DNA of 64,000 bases from the human T2T-CHM13v2.0 reference genome, Homo sapiens: the NCBI RefSeq assembly GCF_009914755.1, contig NC_060928.1; one strand, 5' to 3'. The number at the start of each line of letters is the position of its first letter. Position 1 is the first letter of the stretch. The position numbers were made by a program, and so were the translations under genes. The notes beneath the pieces were generated by a model, which worked only from the letters and a program-made list of their open reading frames with translations, did not search any database and had not been told where the DNA came from. Shown one piece after another: positions 1 to 12,990 of this stretch.

Positions 1-315
1 TAGGGCAGCACTGAGTTCAATGTAAAGACCCCCATTTGCTGTGCTCTCCATCCCAAAAGTACACTGATTATCTCTCTGCCCTGCATGACTACTGTGGGAG
101 AGATGGGGGAAGGGTCACTTCAAGGATTCAAGACTCTCTCTCCTGCCCTCCTCAATGACTCTTTCAGTGATATGCAGTTAAAATCAGGTACTGTTATTGC
201 TCATGTGATTTTGTATTCTAGTGATGGTGCTTTTCTGTGTGCAGATACTTGTTAAAATTTGATATTCCAGCAGGGAATATAAACAGTATAGCCTTCTATT
301 CTACCATCTTGTTTA
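1..315 (-). mobile_element. Old L1 (L1M/L1PB-type) 5' end fragment, running off the left edge of the window
   Basis: Ends in ...gccttctattctaccatcttg, the reverse complement of the caagatgg start of old L1 5'UTRs; upstream sequence resembles L1M 5' ends. Confidence 0.65.
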
Positions 316-394
316 TGCCCCTGTCTCCCACCCCTTATTAAATAGCATTCTTATAGAAAAAACAAGATACTATTACCTAATAAAAGACTTTACA

Positions 395-700
395 TTTATT
401 TATTGATTTGCTTATTTGTTGCACAAATAATTTTTTAGTTTCTAATAAGTGCCAGGTACCATGCTAGTATTAGCTATAGCAGAATATAAAATAAATTCCT
501 TGCCCTCACAGAGGTTATATTCCAGTAGTGAAAATAAGCCATAAAAATCTATCATAGATTGATTTAAGGGTTGGAGAGATTGATTATAGCAAGATAGAGA
601 GACAGAATAATGTTAACCTTTAATAAGTGCTATGAAGAAAGCTGAGGGGTCAGATAATGGATGGGCTATTTTGCTAGGTTATAAGTGGAGAACTCTTTAT
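395..700 (-). mobile_element. L2 3' end fragment
   Basis: tttattgatttg...gtgccaggtaccatgctag...ccttgccctcacagaggttatattccag matches the antisense L2 3' end pattern. Confidence 0.55.
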
Positions 701-1144
701 GAGAATGATGATAATCAAAAGCTGACATTTTAAAAATAAAAATGAGATAATTTTTAAGATGATATGTCTTTACATGAGAGTGAGATGTAGAAGAGCAGCT
801 TTGGATGTCCAGGAAAGCCAGAAAAGCTCAAAAGTGGAATGTTGATCTTAATTCAGTTGACATGTAGACACCCCCAGTGTCCTATTTTTGAAAGCTCAAA
901 AAAACACAAATTTATCTCAGAAGTAGAGACAATGTTAGATCTTACAGTAAATGCAACTCACTTCAGCAATCCATTTGTCTCGATACTTCATGTTAAGAAA
1001 AGGTGATTCAGATATATATGTGGACAGGACTGTGTATGCAAAAAAATTTCTCCTAGAAAGTATTGTATCCGTTAACTTGGTTGCTCTAACTGCTTTTGTA
1101 GTTAACCTGATTGTGCAGCTAATTGTTCAAAAGTTGTACAAGTA

Positions 1145-1291
1145 GACCGGGCTCCGTGGCTCATGCCTGTAATAATCTCAGCACTTTGGGAGGCCAAGGT
1201 GGGTGGACCACCTGAGGTCAGGAGTTTGTGACCAGCCTGGCCAACATGGTGAAACCCTGTCTCTACTAAAAATACAAAAAGAAAAAAAAAA
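1145..1291 (+). mobile_element. AluS left arm only, ending in an A-tract
   Basis: gaccgggctccgtggctcatgcctgtaat...cctgaggtcaggagttt...ccctgtctctactaaaaatacaaaaag(a)n; no right arm follows. Confidence 0.9.
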
Positions 1292-1724
1292 GTACTTGTT
1301 ATTGCTAGACAATAACAAAAAAGTAGGAGGAAGAAAAATTTTAAGCATCATAGTAGATAAATTTACATTTGTATATATTATTTTCTGTAGATACATATAT
1401 ATACATACATACATACATCAAATATGATGTAACCACATATGATTTGTGGTTAGCTTTTGACATCTGATAAAATAGGAAATATATTTGATGGTGGTGATTA
1501 ATATATGTGGATAAATGACTATAAATATAAAAATATTACATTGAATCTTAAATGCACAATATAGAATGACTTGGTTTTCACACACTAGTTTCTTGCTTTC
1601 TCAGTAAGGCTCTTGAAAAGAGACTACCATTCAGCTGTTCAGTGGTATTTGAGAATGAGTAGAATTGAAATCTATAAAATATGACTTCATTTGCCACATG
1701 TCAGAAGCCATAAAAGAAAATGCA

Positions 1725-1876
1725 CTTATTAGGACAAATACCTAATGCATGCAGGGCTTAAAACCTAGATGATGGGTTGATAGGTGCAGTAAACCACCAT
1801 GGCACATGTATACCTGTGTAACAAACCTGCACATTCTGCACATGTATCCCATACTTAAAGTAAAATTTAAAAAAAG
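1725..1876 (+). mobile_element. 5'-truncated L1PA7/8-like 3'UTR stub with TSD
   Basis: aggacaaatacctaatgcatgcagggcttaaaacctagatgatggg...cttaaagtaaaa plus A tail; 12-bp TSD aaagaaaatgca at 1713-1724 and 1877-1888. Confidence 0.9.
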
Positions 1877-3574
1877 AAAGAAAATGCATCTAAAGGTCTT
1901 TTCTGCCTACACATATAAAGTGATCTTTTTCATCATTTATAGTAAATACGATTGTTGCCAGATTATAAATATGGACCCAGGCTGTTCCTTGGGAGATTTA
2001 CTTTAATGTGTTTGCAACTCTTTACAGATGTGAGTTTTCCACAAAGATAATATCTGTGTACTTTGCTGTAAACTATAGATTAGATTATTTCATTTATCTT
2101 TTAAAAGTATATAACATTACTTATGTAATTCATGTTCAATGGATTAAATTCATGATTTTCTATTTTTAAAAAGATAAAAGAGAAAAGGGTAGGAAAACGC
2201 TATGGCAGTTTCTTCATAATAGAAACTTGTCTCATTTTCAAGAAAGCAATATAATGAACTTAACAGATGTGCTGCCACTGCCTTTCCATTTCCTGGATGT
2301 CTTAGAAAGACTCCAAGGACAGCGTGCCTTCATCTCAAATTCTGATCAAGAGACCTGCTGTGCTTTATACCTTCATTTGCAGCTCTCCTCCAAACCTGAT
2401 CAGCCAGCCCAGAAGTGTTTTTATGACTCACAAAAAAAGGTGGGGGTGGGAGGGAGGGGAATTATGGAAAATAAATGGATAGACACTCATCTTCACTTTT
2501 GAAAAATTCATGTACATTTTTTATTAATGTGGTTCAGCCCCAAAATTTGCATGTGAAGGGGTGACTTATTCTCTGCAGGTGAACACCTCCTCTCCTTTAC
2601 CTTTTTTGATTTTCATCTTTTTTTTTTAAAGGTTGATCGCCGTGTTAATCCCTACTAATACACAAGCTCTACCCAGCGTACAAATTATTATTTAGGAATC
2701 ATTTAAATAGTTGATAGGAAGTACATTGGTTTGCTAAGAATTTGACCACCTATTATAATAATGTCAAGCCTCAATTTTTCCTCAGCTTGAGAAAAAGAGT
2801 TCTATGACTTAAAAGAACCCAAATTACCTAGATGCACATCACTTTATTTTTAAAATGTTATGCAAAATGATATTTAACTGGGTGAAGAGGGAGACTTGGC
2901 CACCTTATATATATGACAGCAAATCTTCACACATGGTGGCTGCACATCACTTTGTTGTACAAGGTCCATACTCATGTTCTGTGATCCATCCAGATACTAT
3001 GTGCCTTAGCCCATGTTGCAGTGAAATCTCAAAAAAAAATTTCTAATCTACTCTGTACACCCTCTGAAAGTCTTCAGATTTGTTACACACAGAATAAAGA
3101 AAAGAAAATTGATGTTTCACACACAAAAAATGATGATGTTTGAACGAGAAAGCAACATATTTTGAGAACTTACATATGTGAAGATCTTTCTTCGCTAGGC
3201 TTAATACCATTATCTCATTTCATCCTAATCTCAGTCGTGTGAATTACATATTGTTGTCTCCACTTTACACATGAGGAAACCAACTGAAACTAGTTAGGGA
3301 ACTTCTGAAAAGCTATGTCTTGATGAAAGTATGAAACTAATGCCTTAGATTGTATAAAAATAATGTTACTAAAATGACCAGCAGACCAAATGGCATATGA
3401 ACCAAACTTAATTAATTGAAGTTGCAGCTTGGAATGTTGCACATGGATATGATGCTCCAAATAAAATTGCATGCATTTCAGCTAAGTCTTTACCAAAAAT
3501 ATTGTATTTAGTTTGATAATTATGTTTAAAGGTCTTAGTAAAAACAAATTTCAGAGTAGTTTTTTTATATTTAA

Positions 3575-3985
3575 ATAAACTTTTTATTTTAGAAAAGGTG
3601 TAGATTTACAGAAAATGTGTGAAGATAGCACAGTTTCCATATACCACAAATTCAGTTTATATTATTATTAATATCTTAATATGATACATTTGTCAGAATA
3701 ATTGAACCAATATGGACTCATTAACTAAAGTACATACTTTATTTAGATTTCTGAAATTTTTACCTAAGGCTGTTTTTCTCTTCCCGGATCCCATCCAGGA
3801 TACATCATTAAATTTAGTCATCATGTTGCTTTAGACACTCTACTTGGCTGTCATAGTTTCTCAGACTTTCCTTGCTTTTGAAAACCTTGACAGTTTTAAG
3901 GGGTACTAGTGAGGAAAGCTGGTCAGAACATCACCCAGTTGGGATTTGATGTTTTCATTTGTCTGACGTGTTTCTTGAGATAAGA
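3575..3985 (-). mobile_element. L1MC-type 3' end fragment
   Basis: ttttagaaaaggtgtagatttacagaaaa...ggatcccatccaggatac...tttctcagactttccttg resembles the antisense L1MC 3'UTR. Confidence 0.7.
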
Positions 3986-4139
3986 AATTCCAAGAAATTC
4001 AATTTCTAATTCATTTGTTTCCTGTGGTCTTCTGGCTATCAGTCCCTTCTGGGTTCAGGTGATCAGGTGTAAAGTCTCCAAGGTACAAAGAATTTAGGAC
4101 CTAGGGCTTTTCTATAGATAGAGAATTGGGAATATCATG

Positions 4140-4365
4140 AGAGGCAAAAGAGACCTATATTTGAGTCTTGTTTCAACCACTTATTAAATTTTTGGACATG
4201 GGCAAATAAATTAACCACCTAGACCCAGTTTATTCATAAGCCAAGGGCCACCTTCTACTTTAGAGAGTGTCGAAAGGATTTAAAGAAATGGAGCATGCTA
4301 TGTTCCTGATACCTTTCCTTGACATAGTAAGCTATTAATAAGTAGTAGCTTTTTAAAACTATTAT
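4140..4365 (+). mobile_element. MIR
   Basis: agacctatatttgagtcttg...accactta...tgggcaaataaattaacc...cagtttattcat MIR core. Confidence 0.55.
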
Positions 4366-5178
4366 TACATACTATATATAAAGAATTGGGCACAAAGTAG
4401 ACCTTAATAAAAATCTGTTATTAAAACTCAGTGATTTGAGAAGTAAGCCTACTTAGGTTGTGGAATATTTAATTTTGGAATATGTATTATCCTAAGGGAA
4501 GTAACATTTTGCATATGGTTTCACTAGAATGACATTATGGCTCTTTCTCTGAGTAAACAATCTATTCTGGTTTTGGAGCAGTCTCTCCTAGTTTGTTCAT
4601 CAGATTTAAAGGTTGGTATGAATCAGGTTGACGTAACTTTTTTCAGGAGTAGAGATGGGTATGCTCCTTAGTGTTCTAGTTGCACCCTTGAGCAACTGAC
4701 GATAAAAATGGCATTCACAGTCAAGCAATAGTTAATTCTATAGTGAAAATACTCTCATACTGGAGCAGACAGCTGTTTCCATATATTTCTATTTAAAAGG
4801 ATAGTGAAAATAGTAAGAGATATTATATAATCTTATTTATAATGTGTTTTTCAGTTAATTTATGAAGAGCAACCTAATCAAGCTCATTCAAAGCTTGTGT
4901 GCACAGACTTGTCCATTAGAATAACTAACTAGAAACTAGAAAATGGTCTTCAGAATATGACCAGCTAGATAAGATTGGGAAATCATGATACTAAGGATTG
5001 GCCTTTGTATCCATAACTTAAAGTAACCAGAATAGGTTCAATGGAAATTGGGCTCTGAACCCAAGAAGAATTAGGCAAGGAGCCTAAAGGAAATGCAGTG
5101 TTCTCTGTTCTCCCTTCTGCTTTCTATTTAATTTGGTTTTGTAAGAAGTCTTGATTTATGAGACATTTTTAAATTTAT

Positions 5179-5505
5179 TGTGTATGTGGTCTGTTGTTGA
5201 CTAAAATGTCATTATGTGACACATGATTGTATAATAAATACATAAACCAGTGGCATAGTACTTTATTATCATTATGAAGTATTATGTACTGTATATAATT
5301 GTATGTAATATACTTTTATGTGACTGGCAGCACAGTAGGTTTGTTTACACCAGCATCGCCACAAACATGTGAGCAATACAGTGCACTATTATGGACACAC
5401 TATCACTAAACAGGAGTATTTCAGCTTCATTATAATCTTGCAAGACCAACTTTGTGTATGCAGTTCAACATTGATTGAAATATTGTTATGTGGTGCATGA
5501 ATGTA
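5179..5505 (-). mobile_element. Tigger3/Golem (MER7-type) DNA transposon end fragments, two termini in tandem
   Basis: Reverse complement matches the Tigger3 start cagtcatgcgccgcataacgacgtttcggtcaac and internal gctggtgtaaacaaacctactg; termini end at 5229 and 5503, each followed by TA. Confidence 0.75.
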
Positions 5506-5799
5506 TAAGAGAGTTATATAGTAGGATTCTGAAAACAATTTTGACTTTCCCTTCCCTGAAGACCTTGTGGTCAGCAACAGACATTGATGAGAATAAAGGT
5601 CCTGGTTTCCTTATTATTATTATTTGCATTGTTTACATTGTGATTCTCCATAATGTCTTGGTAGTACTCCACACACTTGACTACATAGTAGTTCATTATT
5701 ATTGCCCTGGTCTTCCCTGACATAGCTAGTATTTACCTGATTTTCTTGGTATTTCTCAGGCTCTTTTGCCAAATGTTATGATATCTGACTTGAAATGGC

Positions 5800-6600
5800 A
5801 AATTTTATAGAGCTGTCTCCCCTAGACTTTCTTTTCTCACTGTTACTTCCTCTCAGGTGCTCTTATCAATATTCATGGCTTTACCTGTCATTTATATGCT
5901 GATGACTTACCTATTTATACTTTCAGATCAAACATCTTTCTGAATTACTGGTTTACTGTTTGTACTTTCCGATCAAACATCTTTCTGAATTCCTGATTTA
6001 CAAACCCAATTGGCTAAGTAATATCTCTATTTAGATGTCTTACAGGTACCTGAAATCAAACATGTCCAAAAATGAACTCATGAACAACTCTCCAATGTTG
6101 TCTAGCCAGGTAAATCACACCACCATGTAGCCTCTAGTTTGAGTTAGGGTAATCATCCTTTATGCCCACCTTTTCTTTAGTATCCCTTATTTATTTTCAA
6201 ATTTCTCAGAATGTATCCCTGTCATTAAGTAACACATGACTATATTTGTCTTGTTCAAGACTCTAAGTTATCGACAGATTGATAAATAGCCCTCTAATTA
6301 GTCCTCTTACTTTTATTCTTCAGCTTTAATTCACATTTAAGAGTTATCTATTGAGAATGGAAATATTAACTTATCATTCCCTTGCTTAAACCTTGAAATA
6401 ATTTAACATGTCTTTAGGGTAATAAAAAAATTCATAATCTCCTAAAGTGGCTTAAATAATCAAACATGACTTAGTCCTTGCAGATTTCTCTAGCTTAATT
6501 CTTATCACTTTCCTAGATGAACATCTATTTTCCCTAATAGATTGCAAACATCATGAGAACATGCTATTTTTATGTTTTTGACACATAATACTGGTTCAAA
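5800..6600 (+). mobile_element. L2 ORF2 (RT) region fragment
   Basis: tat gct gat gac (YADD) at 5895-5906, followed by L2-typical aacatgtccaaaaatgaactc and tcattcccttgcttaaacc. Confidence 0.7.
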
Positions 6601-7234
6601 ACATTTTTATTGAATTGATATATTGTATCATGGTATTATTTTTCACTTCTCCATTTACACTGGAATATCACCTTTTTAGTTAGATGAATATCTCTTCTAT
6701 TGTTTAGGAACTCACTCACATTCATAAAGTCCAGTCTTTATTTATTGTTTCTCTAAGGAGATTTCTCCTCATCAATATTATCTCTAAAATTCTGCCACTA
6801 TTTGCTTATAGGTCTGGGACTGGCTTTGCCCTGACATAAAGATTATTTGTTCTGATCATTTGCCCACGTGTTCAGCCTGTGTATTGTTTGCCACACTGTG
6901 ACAATTGACAGGGTTTATATTTTCTTGGCAAAAAGTTTGGAGTTCAATATTAAAAGTAATCGTCTGCCCACACATAATACAACAGTATGAATACCATAAT
7001 GCTCTCTATTTACTCTCTGAACATCATTTTTTTCTCTGTACAGTGTGATAGGTTTTTTTCTCTTTACCTATTTCACATTCACTATTATATAGGCAGCATT
7101 TCTAGTATATCAGCATATCCTGAGATCTACTGTATGCATCATTAAAGAGAAAGAGAATATTCACCTGTATATTTTTAAACTTTTATTGAAGAGTTTGAGA
7201 ATCATGAATAGTAATGCTGCATGTTGTTTGACAT

Positions 7235-8035
7235 CTGGGATGCAGTACTGAGTATTAGGTGTAAAGCTTTGAAATCGACAGCCTGGATTTGAATCTTCAT
7301 TATACCACCTAATAGCTGTTCCAGCTCCTTGACTTATTTTTGTCTTGGTTTCCTGTGTATAACATAAGAATTAAAAAAATTCATCTTATAGGACTGTTAA
7401 GAAGATTAAAAAAGAAAATACTTACATTAGTCTGGGTTCTCTAGAGGGACAGAACTCACAGAATATATGTACATATGAAAGGAAGTTTATTTAGGAAAAT
7501 TGACTCACATATCACAAGGTGAAGTCCCACAATAGGCCATCTGCAAGTTGAGGAGCAAGGAAGCCAGTAGTGGATCAATCCAAGTCCCAAAACTTCAAAA
7601 CTCAGGAAGCTGACAGTGCAGCCTTCAGTCTGTGGCCAAAGTGCCAAGAGCCACTGGCAAACCACTAATGTAAGTCCAAGAGTCCAAAAGCCGAAGAACT
7701 TAGAGTCTGACGTTTGAGGGCAGGAAGCATCCAGCACGGGAGAAAGATGAAGACCGGAAGACTCAGTGAGTCTACTCTCTCCATCTTCTTCTGCCTGCTT
7801 TATTCTAGCGACACTGGCAGCTGATTAGATAGTGCCTACGCAGATTGAGAGTGAGTCTGCCTCTCCCAGTCCACTGACTTAAATGTTAATCTCCTTTGGC
7901 AACACCCTCACAGACACACCCAAGAACAATACTTTGTATCCTTCAGTCCAGTTAAGTTGACAATATTAACCATCACAGTACTTATCATAGTACCTGATAC
8001 TTGGTAAGTGAATTATAAATCTTAGCAATTATTAA
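7235..8035 (+). mobile_element. MIR split by the MLT2A LTR
   Basis: gctttgaaatcgacagcctggatttgaatc...ggtttcctg on the left; gtacttatcatagtacctgatacttggtaagtg MIR tail on the right of the LTR. Confidence 0.7.
7423..7977 (-). mobile_element. Solo HERV-L LTR (MLT2A2-like, ~555 bp)
   Basis: tacattagtctgggttctctagagggacagaact...aatattaaccatcaca; carries the longer internal segment absent from the provirus LTRs; TSD atact (7418-7422) / gtact (7978-7982). Confidence 0.9.
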
Positions 8036-8937
8036 AGTAAAGCTTGGGAAAATAAATCTTTCATTTGAAATTATTACTTCTACTTTAAATATATTCCAAA
8101 CTATGACACAGGCCAATAATTTATTTTTCTTAATGTATGATTTTTAATGTAGTATAGTTTATGCAAATGTATGATAAATCATTCAAACTTTATAAAATGA
8201 TATTATAATGAAAAGACAACCCCTGTAGAATTATCTTTGAAAATAATGTGAAAAAATAAAAAATAGCATTTAAAAAAATTTTAACTAATTTGATATATCT
8301 AGATATAAATTGCTAAGTGCTTGCTATACTTAAATAAGAAACTTCTACTTTTAATATTTGTGTCATTGTTAGACCTTGTGACATTCTGATATATCTTATT
8401 ATATATAATTACTGGGTTTACAGATGAAATAATGCCATTATTGAGCTCACGACATGCATGGCAACACTGAAATATATGAACAAGAATCTTATATAATAGG
8501 AATCCACCTGTGGCTTTACAGTCTTGGAATCTAGCCATAAAGTTTCAACACCATTAAAAGTGCACCTGTCTATCAGATAAGAAAACATAGTGGTCATTAA
8601 TTATAGAATTTATTTCATTATCAACTTGGCTTGAAACCAATCATTTTATTTACAGGACAGGCTTTGGGTTTGATTTAAATCATGTTGAATGCTGCAGCCC
8701 AGGTGTGAACTACCCTGTTAATGTCCTAGTTTGATCATGTGGTGAAGATATCAGATAAAAAATGTGCTTTGGATTTTGTGAGACTCTACTTAAATTATTC
8801 TTCAAGAAAGACAAAATCATAAAGCATGTTGCAAGTTAGTATCATGTTTAGAGTTTCAGGAGTTGTGAACTTTTTGTCAACTTGTAACAGAGACCTGAGA
8901 AATGAGAGAGGAAAAGGAACATGAGGATTTCTAGGCA

Positions 8938-10392
8938 TACAGCTCCTGTATCATTTTATCATGATTCTTAGCTTCTTGGTATTGGGTTACAACATGCTCC
9001 TTTAGCTCAGTGAATTTCGTTATTACCCACCTTCTGAAACCTACTTTTCTCAAATCAGCCATCTCAGCCTCAGCCCAAGTTCTTTGCCCTTGCTGGAGAG
9101 GTGTTGTGGTCATCTGGAAGAAACACACTCTGACTTTTTGAGTTTCCAGCATTTTTGCATTGATTCTTATCTTTGTGGGCTTATCTAGCTTTGATCTTTG
9201 AGGTTGCTGACCTTTGAATGAGGTTTTCCTGGGAGAGACCCTCTCTCCCAGGGCCTACTGACCAGTTGCCAGCCTGAACACACCTGTAGGAGGTGGCTGG
9301 GGACCCCTATTGGGAGGTCTCAGTCAGGAGGAATGGGATCAGAGACCTGCTTAAAGAAGCAGTATGGCTGATTTTGGTAGAGCTGGTGTGCTATGTTGGG
9401 AGGGACCTTTCCTCATGCAGATCTTTTGTATTCTCCAAAGCTGGCAGGCTGGAATGGCTGAGTCAACCCAACTGCAGAGGTGGCAGCTGCCCCTCCCCCT
9501 GGGAGTTCCATCTCAGGCCAGGGCTCTAATCTTAGAGCCCCAGCCATAGAACCATAGCTGGAGTGGCTGAAGCCCCTATATCAAGCAAGGTCCCACTCAG
9601 TGAGGAGGAATGGATCAAGATCCCACTCAAAGAAGCAGTCTTGCCAAAATCCAGCAAGGCAGCTGTGCTGTTGTGGGGCACTCTTTCTCATCAGGACCAT
9701 TTGTATTTGCCAAAGCCAGCAGGCTGTAATAATTGAGTCTACTGAACTGCAGAGACTGTGGCCCCCTCCCCCACCCACTGCCCCTGGAACTTGAACCCTG
9801 CCTCAGGCAGATTCCAGCCTGTTGCCATTGTCTGGCTGGAATTCTGAGCCAGTGGTTTTTAACTTGTAAGGTGCATTAGAAGTGGGGCCCACAGAATGGT
9901 CCTGCTTGGCTCTCTGGATTCAACCCCTTTTCTAGGGATATGGACGGATGTATTTCCTGCCTTGCCAGGGATCCTGGGGCCAGAGTATGTAAAACTTCTC
10001 AGTTTCTGTGGGTGCCTGAGCTGCTGCTCTGCTGAGACTCCACACAGCTCTGTGTATCAGACCCAATGCCCTGGTGGCATGGGCTCACAAGGGGATCTCC
10101 TGATCTACAGGTTGCAAAGATCTTTGAGAGAAGCATGGTTTCAATCACTCACTGCTTCCCTTGGCTTTTGGGGTGGGGCTACTTTGGCTCTGTGCCACTC
10201 CCCGGTAGGCCATCTCCTCCACCCCCTTCACTTTTCTTCCTTCTCCATGAGTCGAGTTGTTTGGCTAATCAGTCCCAATGCAAGAACCTAGGTATTTCAG
10301 TTGAAGGTGCTGAATTCACTTGCCCCTTTTCATTCCTCTTCCTGAGTGCCACGGACCACAGTTGCTTCTAATCAGCCATGGTGCATCCTCCC
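8938..10392 (-). mobile_element. Primate L1P (about L1PA8-L1PA16) 5'UTR plus ORF1 N-terminus; remainder missing
   Basis: ORF 8931-9152 translates to L1 ORF1p coiled-coil-like FRRWVITKFTELKEHVVTQ; GC-richer 5'UTR with two related gaggaatgg...aaagaagcagt units; ends cttctaatcagccat. Confidence 0.8.
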
Positions 10393-12990
10393 AGTTTTCT
10401 TTTATTGTGTTTCATTGTACTCTAAATATATATATTTATATATATATATACACATATATATAAATAAATATATATATACTATATATATAAAATACAATAT
10501 ATATATTTCATTAAGTTTTCATGATATGTATTTTTCTTCCTTTTCCTTTTAATATATTTATGTCTTTATACTTAAGGTGTGCTTTTTTGTAGACAGCATA
10601 TAGTTGGGTTTTGCTTTTTTTATCTGTTTGAAAATCTCAGTCTTATAGTGGGATTATATAACTTACACTAATATTGTTACTCATTTAAATGTGGCAAAAT
10701 CTGTGACCTTACTAATTGCTTTTTATTGTTTCTTTGTACCTCTTCTCTGCCTCCTTTTGTATGAATTAAGTATTTTTACAATTTTATTTTATCTCCACTA
10801 TTGGCTTTTCATTTATATGGCCCCTTTAAATCTATTCTATTGATTACACTAGGTTTTAAAATATAATATATGTCATTACGTTAATGCCTATTTTTAAATA
10901 ATATGCCACTTTGTCTATAGTGTAAAACCTTACAACAGATTATTTCAAATTCATCCTCATCCTTGTGCTATTATTGTCATACATTTTGATTTTACATATG
11001 CAATAACACATAATACACTGATACTGTCCTTTAGCACGTTTGTATTGTAAAGCAAATGCAAATATTAAAAAAAAACTATTAATTTTATAAATGCCTTCCC
11101 TTATTCCATTTTCTGTTTTCTTTGTTAATTTGTGTAGGTCTAAGTTTTTGTCTTGAAAAATATTCCTTATGCTTTAAGAACTTTTAAAAATATTTTGTTT
11201 AGTGAAAGTCTGCTGGCAATGAAATGTCTCTATTTATTTTTGTCTACAAAAGTATTTATTTCTCCTTAATTTTTATAAATATTTTGGGTGATTTTATAAT
11301 TCTAGATTGACATAATTTTTTTTCTGTGAGCATCTTAGAGATATTACTTCATCATCTTATGGTTTATATAATTTGTCTTATATAATTCTTCTGTAATTAC
11401 TATTTTTGTTCCTCTGTATGTAATGTGCCTTTTTTCTCTGGTTGTCATCAAGACTGTCTCTGTCTTTGGCTTTAGTAGTTTGTATATGATATTGGTTTTT
11501 TGTTTGTTTTGTTTTAATCTGTCATGATTGGTGTGCTCTGAGTTTCTTTGTGATTTAGTGTCTGACATTAATTTTGGAAAATTCTCAGCCATTTATTTCT
11601 TCAAATATTTCTACTGATTTGTTTTCTTTCTCTTCTCCTTTTGCAATTCCTGTTACACATACGTTGGACTCTTTGATAATGACCTGCATGTTTTGGATGC
11701 TTTGTTGTTTATTTTTTCCCTCCTCTTTGCTCTTCAGTTTGGGACATTTCAATTGAATTTTCTTCAAGTTCACTGATTCTTTTTTCTGCTATGTCAAATC
11801 TAACGAGGAACCATTTGAAGGCACTTCTCATCTCCTTTTCCATGTTTGTTTGTTCGTTTTAGTTTTAGCATTTCCATTTGAATATTTCTTATGGTTTCCT
11901 TCCTCCTGCTAAAATTACCCCCCTAAATCTTCATGCTCTCTACCTTTTCCACTAGAATCTTTAACACATTAATCATAGAAATTTTAAATCCACTGTTAGA
12001 TAGTTCAAACAATACTGTTATATCTGAGTCTGCTTCTGTTGATTGCTTTGTCTCCAGTCCATGAGTTTTTTTCCTTGGTTTTTTGTATGCCTCGCAATCT
12101 TGTGGTTTTTGTTGTTGTGGACTGAACATACTGTGTGGGATGATAGAGACAAGAGTAAATAGATTTTATGCCTAGAAATTGGCATGCCTTTCCTTCTGGT
12201 AGCCCATTGGTGTGAAGAGTTATTATTAGTGCGCCATGGGCTTCAAATTTTTGTAGTATTACCTTGTATTTAGGGTAGGAGCTCATTTCCTAAAGGGTTT
12301 GTTTCAATATCTGCTCCACCCTCACATTTAGGTCTTTCCTTTGTACTATGTCTTAGAGTGTTTTCCAACAAGCTCTTGTTCCTCTACCGAGAGTAAGACC
12401 ACTGTTCCTTAATGCTTGCTATCTTGCTGTGGGTAGGAGATAGAAGCATTCTTGATTGTATTGATTAAGCCTTGGTCTTAGGCAGCATTTTGTCAATGAG
12501 TATTGAAGAAGAGCCATCTCAGTGTTTTGTACTTCCATTCTTCCCATTGTAGTAGGTTTTCAAGGGGAAAGTGAGAGGATGGATCTGGCTTTTTTTTTTT
12601 ACAGTGGTTGCTCTTAAACTCCAATAGATCTGCACATTTTTGGAGGCTTTCTCATGACTCTCATTGGTCTTTTTTGCAAGAAGAGCTTGAGAACGAGTAT
12701 AAATTATGATTTTTTTCTTGTGTCTGTGGTTTCCAAGTGCTCTACATTCTCTTGCTATCTCACACCTGGTCTTCAGCAATTTGTTAAAAATGCTCTTCTT
12801 CCAAGGGTTCATTGGTACCTGCTCCAGGTATGCATGCACTTGCACTCTGTCTTTAGAGATGCCTCTCTTCTATTAGATTTCATGTTAGTTACTTGGTTTG
12901 TGATTTTAACTCTCCAGTGAGTTCAGGAAAAGAGTTGTGTTTGCATATTGTTCAAGGTTTTGTTGTTGTAAGGGAGGAAACAATGTTCTT
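10393..12990 (-). mobile_element. Old L1M 5' region: 5'UTR, ORF1 and start of ORF2
   Basis: ORFs 11585-11773 and 11344-11592 give ORF1p motifs NVCVTGIAKGEEKEN..EIFEEI and MAENFPKL; agacagcatatagttgggttttgc resembles the antisense ORF2 start. Confidence 0.75.
10426..10508. repeat. (TA)n low-complexity tract
   Basis: Direct reading of the sequence. Confidence 0.9.

Noticed and set aside
1430-1452. Small hairpin taaccaca...tgtggtta
   Set aside because: 8-bp arms are expected by chance in 64 kb of AT-rich DNA
8420-8760. Possible conserved enhancer (RFX-like catggcaac, E-boxes, GATA sites)
   Set aside because: Short motifs only; cannot be supported without conservation or chromatin data
9293-10371. 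Cluster of + strand ORFs up to 131 aa
   Set aside because: Antisense of a GC-richer L1 5'UTR where stops are rarer; no recognisable protein motif
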